Shown one piece after another: positions 49,552-52,607 of a stretch of 52,607 nucleotides of DNA. Within the stretch, counting starts at the first letter, position 1. Each line of letters opens with the position of its first letter. This stretch comes from Cyanobacteria bacterium J06626_4 (GTDB lineage: Bacteria; Cyanobacteriota; Cyanobacteriia; Phormidesmidales; Phormidesmidaceae): the NCBI GenBank assembly GCA_038523235.1, contig JBCBJQ010000033.1, positions 1-52,607 of the forward strand, read 5' to 3'. A program made the translations under genes and the position numbers. The notes beneath the pieces were generated by a model, which was not told where the DNA came from, searched no databases, and saw only the letters and a list, made by a program, of their open reading frames with translations.

Positions 49552-50235
49552 ATGGAGAAGCTACAGCAAATTGCCGACCAGCAACCGGAGTTAACTCTGG
49601 AACGCTTTGTCGAAACCGTCAACGACTGTTTGCCCCAGTTTTTACCCGAGTCAACCACCGGGGGCCGCGGGCAAGAGTCGGTGAATGCGCGACTGGTGCG
49701 TCATTACACCACCCAAGGCTTGCTGGATAAACCGCTTAAGCAAGGCCGAGAAGCCCGCTATGTCTATCGGCATGTGCTGCAGCTGCTGGCCCTGCGGCGG
49801 TTGTTGGCAGACGGGTACAGCGTCAGCTCGATCGCTGGGCTGATCGACGGTCAAGCTAACCCGGTGTTGGAAAGCATTTTGCAGGGGAGTACACAACTCA
49901 CGGTTGAAGCGGCTAACCCTGCACTGGCATTTTTGTCCCAAATTCGCGATCGCGCCACGCCGACTACTCCCGCTCCCGCTCCGGCGGCGCGTCAACGCCG
50001 GTCGGCTCCGGTATCTCCGGCTCGCACATTATCGGCGCCTGCTCCGGCTGTGCCCGCCGCTTCCCCAGCGGAACCGCCCCCCCAAACCTGGACTCGCTTC
50101 GAACTGCGTGACGGTTTGGAATTACATCTACGGCAAGATTTTGTCGCCCCAGCCACCCCCGCTGAACGCGATCAGCTCCTGCAGCTGATTACTCACCATC
50201 TCATCCACCATCCTGATCAGAGGCCAACCCCATGA
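49552..50235 (+). CDS. MerR-like HTH protein with Pro/Ala linker and small C-terminal domain
   Basis: 'NARLVRHYTTQGLLDKP..QGREARY...H.LQLL..RRL..DG'; ATG 49552 preferred because the upstream TTG lies inside the promoter. Confidence 0.85.
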   Translation: MEKLQQIADQQPELTLERFVETVNDCLPQFLPESTTGGRGQESVNARLVRHYTTQGLLDKPLKQGREARYVYRHVLQLLALRRLLADGYSVSSIAGLIDGQANPVLESILQGSTQLTVEAANPALAFLSQIRDRATPTTPAPAPAARQRRSAPVSPARTLSAPAPAVPAASPAEPPPQTWTRFELRDGLELHLRQDFVAPATPAERDQLLQLITHHLIHHPDQRPTP

Positions 50236-51506
50236 CCCAATCCCTAAATCAACCCCAAGTTGAATTAATTCCCTTACACGACGCCATCGTGGCTGAGCGA
50301 CCGGTCACCTTAGATGTACTCGTTCGCATTACACCGCCCACCCTCCCTCAAGACACCGAACGGCCTGCACTCAACCTCAGCCTGGTGATTGATCGCTCAG
50401 GGTCGATGGGCGGTGCGAAGATTGCCCGCGCCCGTGAGGCAGCCCGTTTTGCGATCACCAATCTGTTGCCCAGCGATCGCCTCAGCGTCGTCCTGTTTGA
50501 CAACCGGATTGAAACACTGGTACCCAGCACCCTGGCGACCGATAAAAACAGCCTGCTCAGCAAACTCGATCAGATCCAGGCGCGAGGGACAACCGCCCTG
50601 CATGCAGGCTGGGTGGAGGGCGGCCTGCAGGTGAGCCAATATCTCAACCCGGATCAGCTCAATCGCGTCATTTTGCTGTCAGATGGGCTGGCCAACGTGG
50701 GCGAAAATCGCCCCGACGAGATCGCGACTGACGTCCATGGGTTAGCCCAGCGCGGCATCAGCACCACTGCCTTAGGGATTGGCGACGACTATAGCGAGGA
50801 TCTGTTGGCGGCGATGGCGCAAAGCGGTGACGGTAATTTTGTGCACATTGCCTCGGCTGAACAACTGGCTGACATTTTTGAAACCGAGCTATCGGGCCTC
50901 GCTGCTACCCTGGGGCAACGCGTCAGCCTGGGCTTAGAACCGCAGTCGGGCGTCAAGGTGATAGCGGTACTCAATGACTTTGCATCAACCTCGACCGGTC
51001 GATACAAGCTGCCCAATTTGACCGTGGGCAACCCGATCAACGTCGTGGTGCGCCTGCAAGTGCCTGCGCTAGATCAGGGCGGTGAGCTGCTGCGCGTGCG
51101 CCTGGCGTGGGATGCAGCTGACCAGCCCGATCGCCAAGTCTTAGAGACCGAGTTAGCGCTGCCCCTCGTCAGTCAAGCACAGTTCAGTGATTTCCCAGCG
51201 AATGCGGTGGTGCAAGAGCAGGTGGCGCTGATGATGGCGGCGCAGGCTCGCCGCGAAGCGATCACCCTCACCGATAGCGGTGACTATGAACGCGCCCGCG
51301 CTTCTCTGCAAGACGCGCGGCTTACCATGGCGGCGATGGCCCCGTCGCCCGCCCTGCAAGAAGAACAGTCGGTGTTAGCTGACTTGGAAGCGGATTATCA
51401 GGGTGGTAAAATTTCAAGCGCCCGCAAGAAAGCGGCTTCACAGTCCTATAACCTGCAGCGAGCGGGCAAGTCACAGCCCCGACGGTCAATGGATTCTGGT
51501 TCTTGA
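50232..51506 (+). CDS. von Willebrand factor A (VWA) domain protein
   Basis: MIDAS 'DRSGSM', 'GTTAL', 'LSDGLANVG'; ATGA overlap with the upstream gene. Confidence 0.92.
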   Translation: MTQSLNQPQVELIPLHDAIVAERPVTLDVLVRITPPTLPQDTERPALNLSLVIDRSGSMGGAKIARAREAARFAITNLLPSDRLSVVLFDNRIETLVPSTLATDKNSLLSKLDQIQARGTTALHAGWVEGGLQVSQYLNPDQLNRVILLSDGLANVGENRPDEIATDVHGLAQRGISTTALGIGDDYSEDLLAAMAQSGDGNFVHIASAEQLADIFETELSGLAATLGQRVSLGLEPQSGVKVIAVLNDFASTSTGRYKLPNLTVGNPINVVVRLQVPALDQGGELLRVRLAWDAADQPDRQVLETELALPLVSQAQFSDFPANAVVQEQVALMMAAQARREAITLTDSGDYERARASLQDARLTMAAMAPSPALQEEQSVLADLEADYQGGKISSARKKAASQSYNLQRAGKSQPRRSMDSGS

Positions 51507-51525
51507 TCGGAATATGGGCTCGTCT

Positions 51526-52095
51526 CTAAAGGTGATCGGGATCCACAAATTCGGTGCCATATTTGGCCGCGATCGGAGCCATTTTGTCCAGACTGGGCAC
51601 CCCCAAGTCAGAGGCTTCTCCCGCCGCTGGGGTTGAGGCCTCTAACAAAAAATTCTGAAACCAGTCAGAGCCGGTAATGGTCAGCAGTTTGCCCGGCGTC
51701 AAGCCGACATTTTTCGGCGCGTGGGGAATACCTGCGGGAATGTTGATCAGGTCTCCTGCAGAGGCTTTGATGGTTTTGATCGAGCCATCGGGTTGACCGG
51801 CATAGAACTCGAAGTCCCCTGCCAACACATAAAAGGACTCGGCTGCGTGTTTGTGGAACGGTGCCCCTTCTCCCGGCTGAATCGGACTCTCGGTAATAGA
51901 AAATTGATCGGGGTCATCCCCCGCAACAAAGGTCTTGAAGGTAACCGGCGTACCGCCGAGAAACCGTGCTTCCCCTTCGCCGGGATGCACAATCTGCACA
52001 GAATCGGCAGGTGTAGCAGCGGCGGCGGTGGGTGACATCCAGAATCCTGACGCGCTTAAAAAGCTAGCTAACAGTAAAGCCCATAGCAATTTCAT
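51526..52095 (-). CDS. Exported cupin-domain protein (quercetinase-like)
   Basis: Signal peptide; cupin motifs 'PFHKHAAESFYVLAG' and 'GDLINIPAGIPH'; AGGAGAG RBS. Confidence 0.85.
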   Translation of the reverse strand: MKLLWALLLASFLSASGFWMSPTAAAATPADSVQIVHPGEGEARFLGGTPVTFKTFVAGDDPDQFSITESPIQPGEGAPFHKHAAESFYVLAGDFEFYAGQPDGSIKTIKASAGDLINIPAGIPHAPKNVGLTPGKLLTITGSDWFQNFLLEASTPAAGEASDLGVPSLDKMAPIAAKYGTEFVDPDHL

Positions 52096-52607
52096 GGCAA
52101 CTCTCCTGATGAGGCCAACAAAGACAGCGAACTGTTTTTGCTAAGCACAATTCTAAGAGGTGATTATTCACCATCACAAACATGGCGCAGCCTTTTTTCT
52201 CCGATCGCAGCATTTCTCGGATGATCCACCAACCCGGTTTTGAGCAGAATTACACCCGAGAAAATTGCCCAGCCTTTTGCCCGTTGCAGCGTTGTACTAG
52301 AGATGTGGCCATCTGCCGCGATCGTCTATCCGTTAAAGATGAAGCTTGTGATGAAACCAGATATGGCGACAAATCCATTGCACATAAATTTGCTTCGTGC
52401 AGAAGGAATAATGATTGAGACAAACAGCATCTTGAACCTAATCGAGCAGTTGGTTGGGGCGAGGCTCTGCTTGCATGGATAGGGTGCCTGAAAAAACGAT
52501 AAATAAACTCTAAACAGGCTCAAACCAGAACCAGAGGAATGATTACAGTGAAACATTCCACCTATTTACCCATAACAGGGATCTTAGGCAGAATAACGTC
52601 TGCCTAA

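Noticed and set aside
52182..52556. Three overlapping 76-80 aa ORFs near the window end
   Set aside because: They overlap one another, show no motifs and have no clear start signals.

Overview
Cyanobacterial chromosomal segment. The HIP1 octamer GCGATCGC is dense, and the window carries ndhP, psb28, hik2, ccb1 and ccb4-type genes; a Leptolyngbya-like filamentous strain is my inference. Most of it is core genome: alaS, serS, recJ, nth, rseP, signal peptidase I, exbB/exbD, UPF0182, two histidine kinases, a response regulator and a diguanylate cyclase. Features the ORF track misses include a 6S RNA (~9694-9880), ndhP (25143-25265), a 94-bp REP/MITE-like double-hairpin element (2518-2611) and a candidate 26-aa membrane peptide (45213-45293). 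The strongest leads are (i) a translationally coupled MerR-like HTH + VWA operon whose apparently leaderless promoter is overlaid by a TGTCA/TGACA repeat array, and (ii) a full-length PPK1-like protein with many active-site motifs altered. I saw no CRISPR array, transposase, integrase, tRNA or rRNA. All family assignments come from motif recognition and memory, not database searches.
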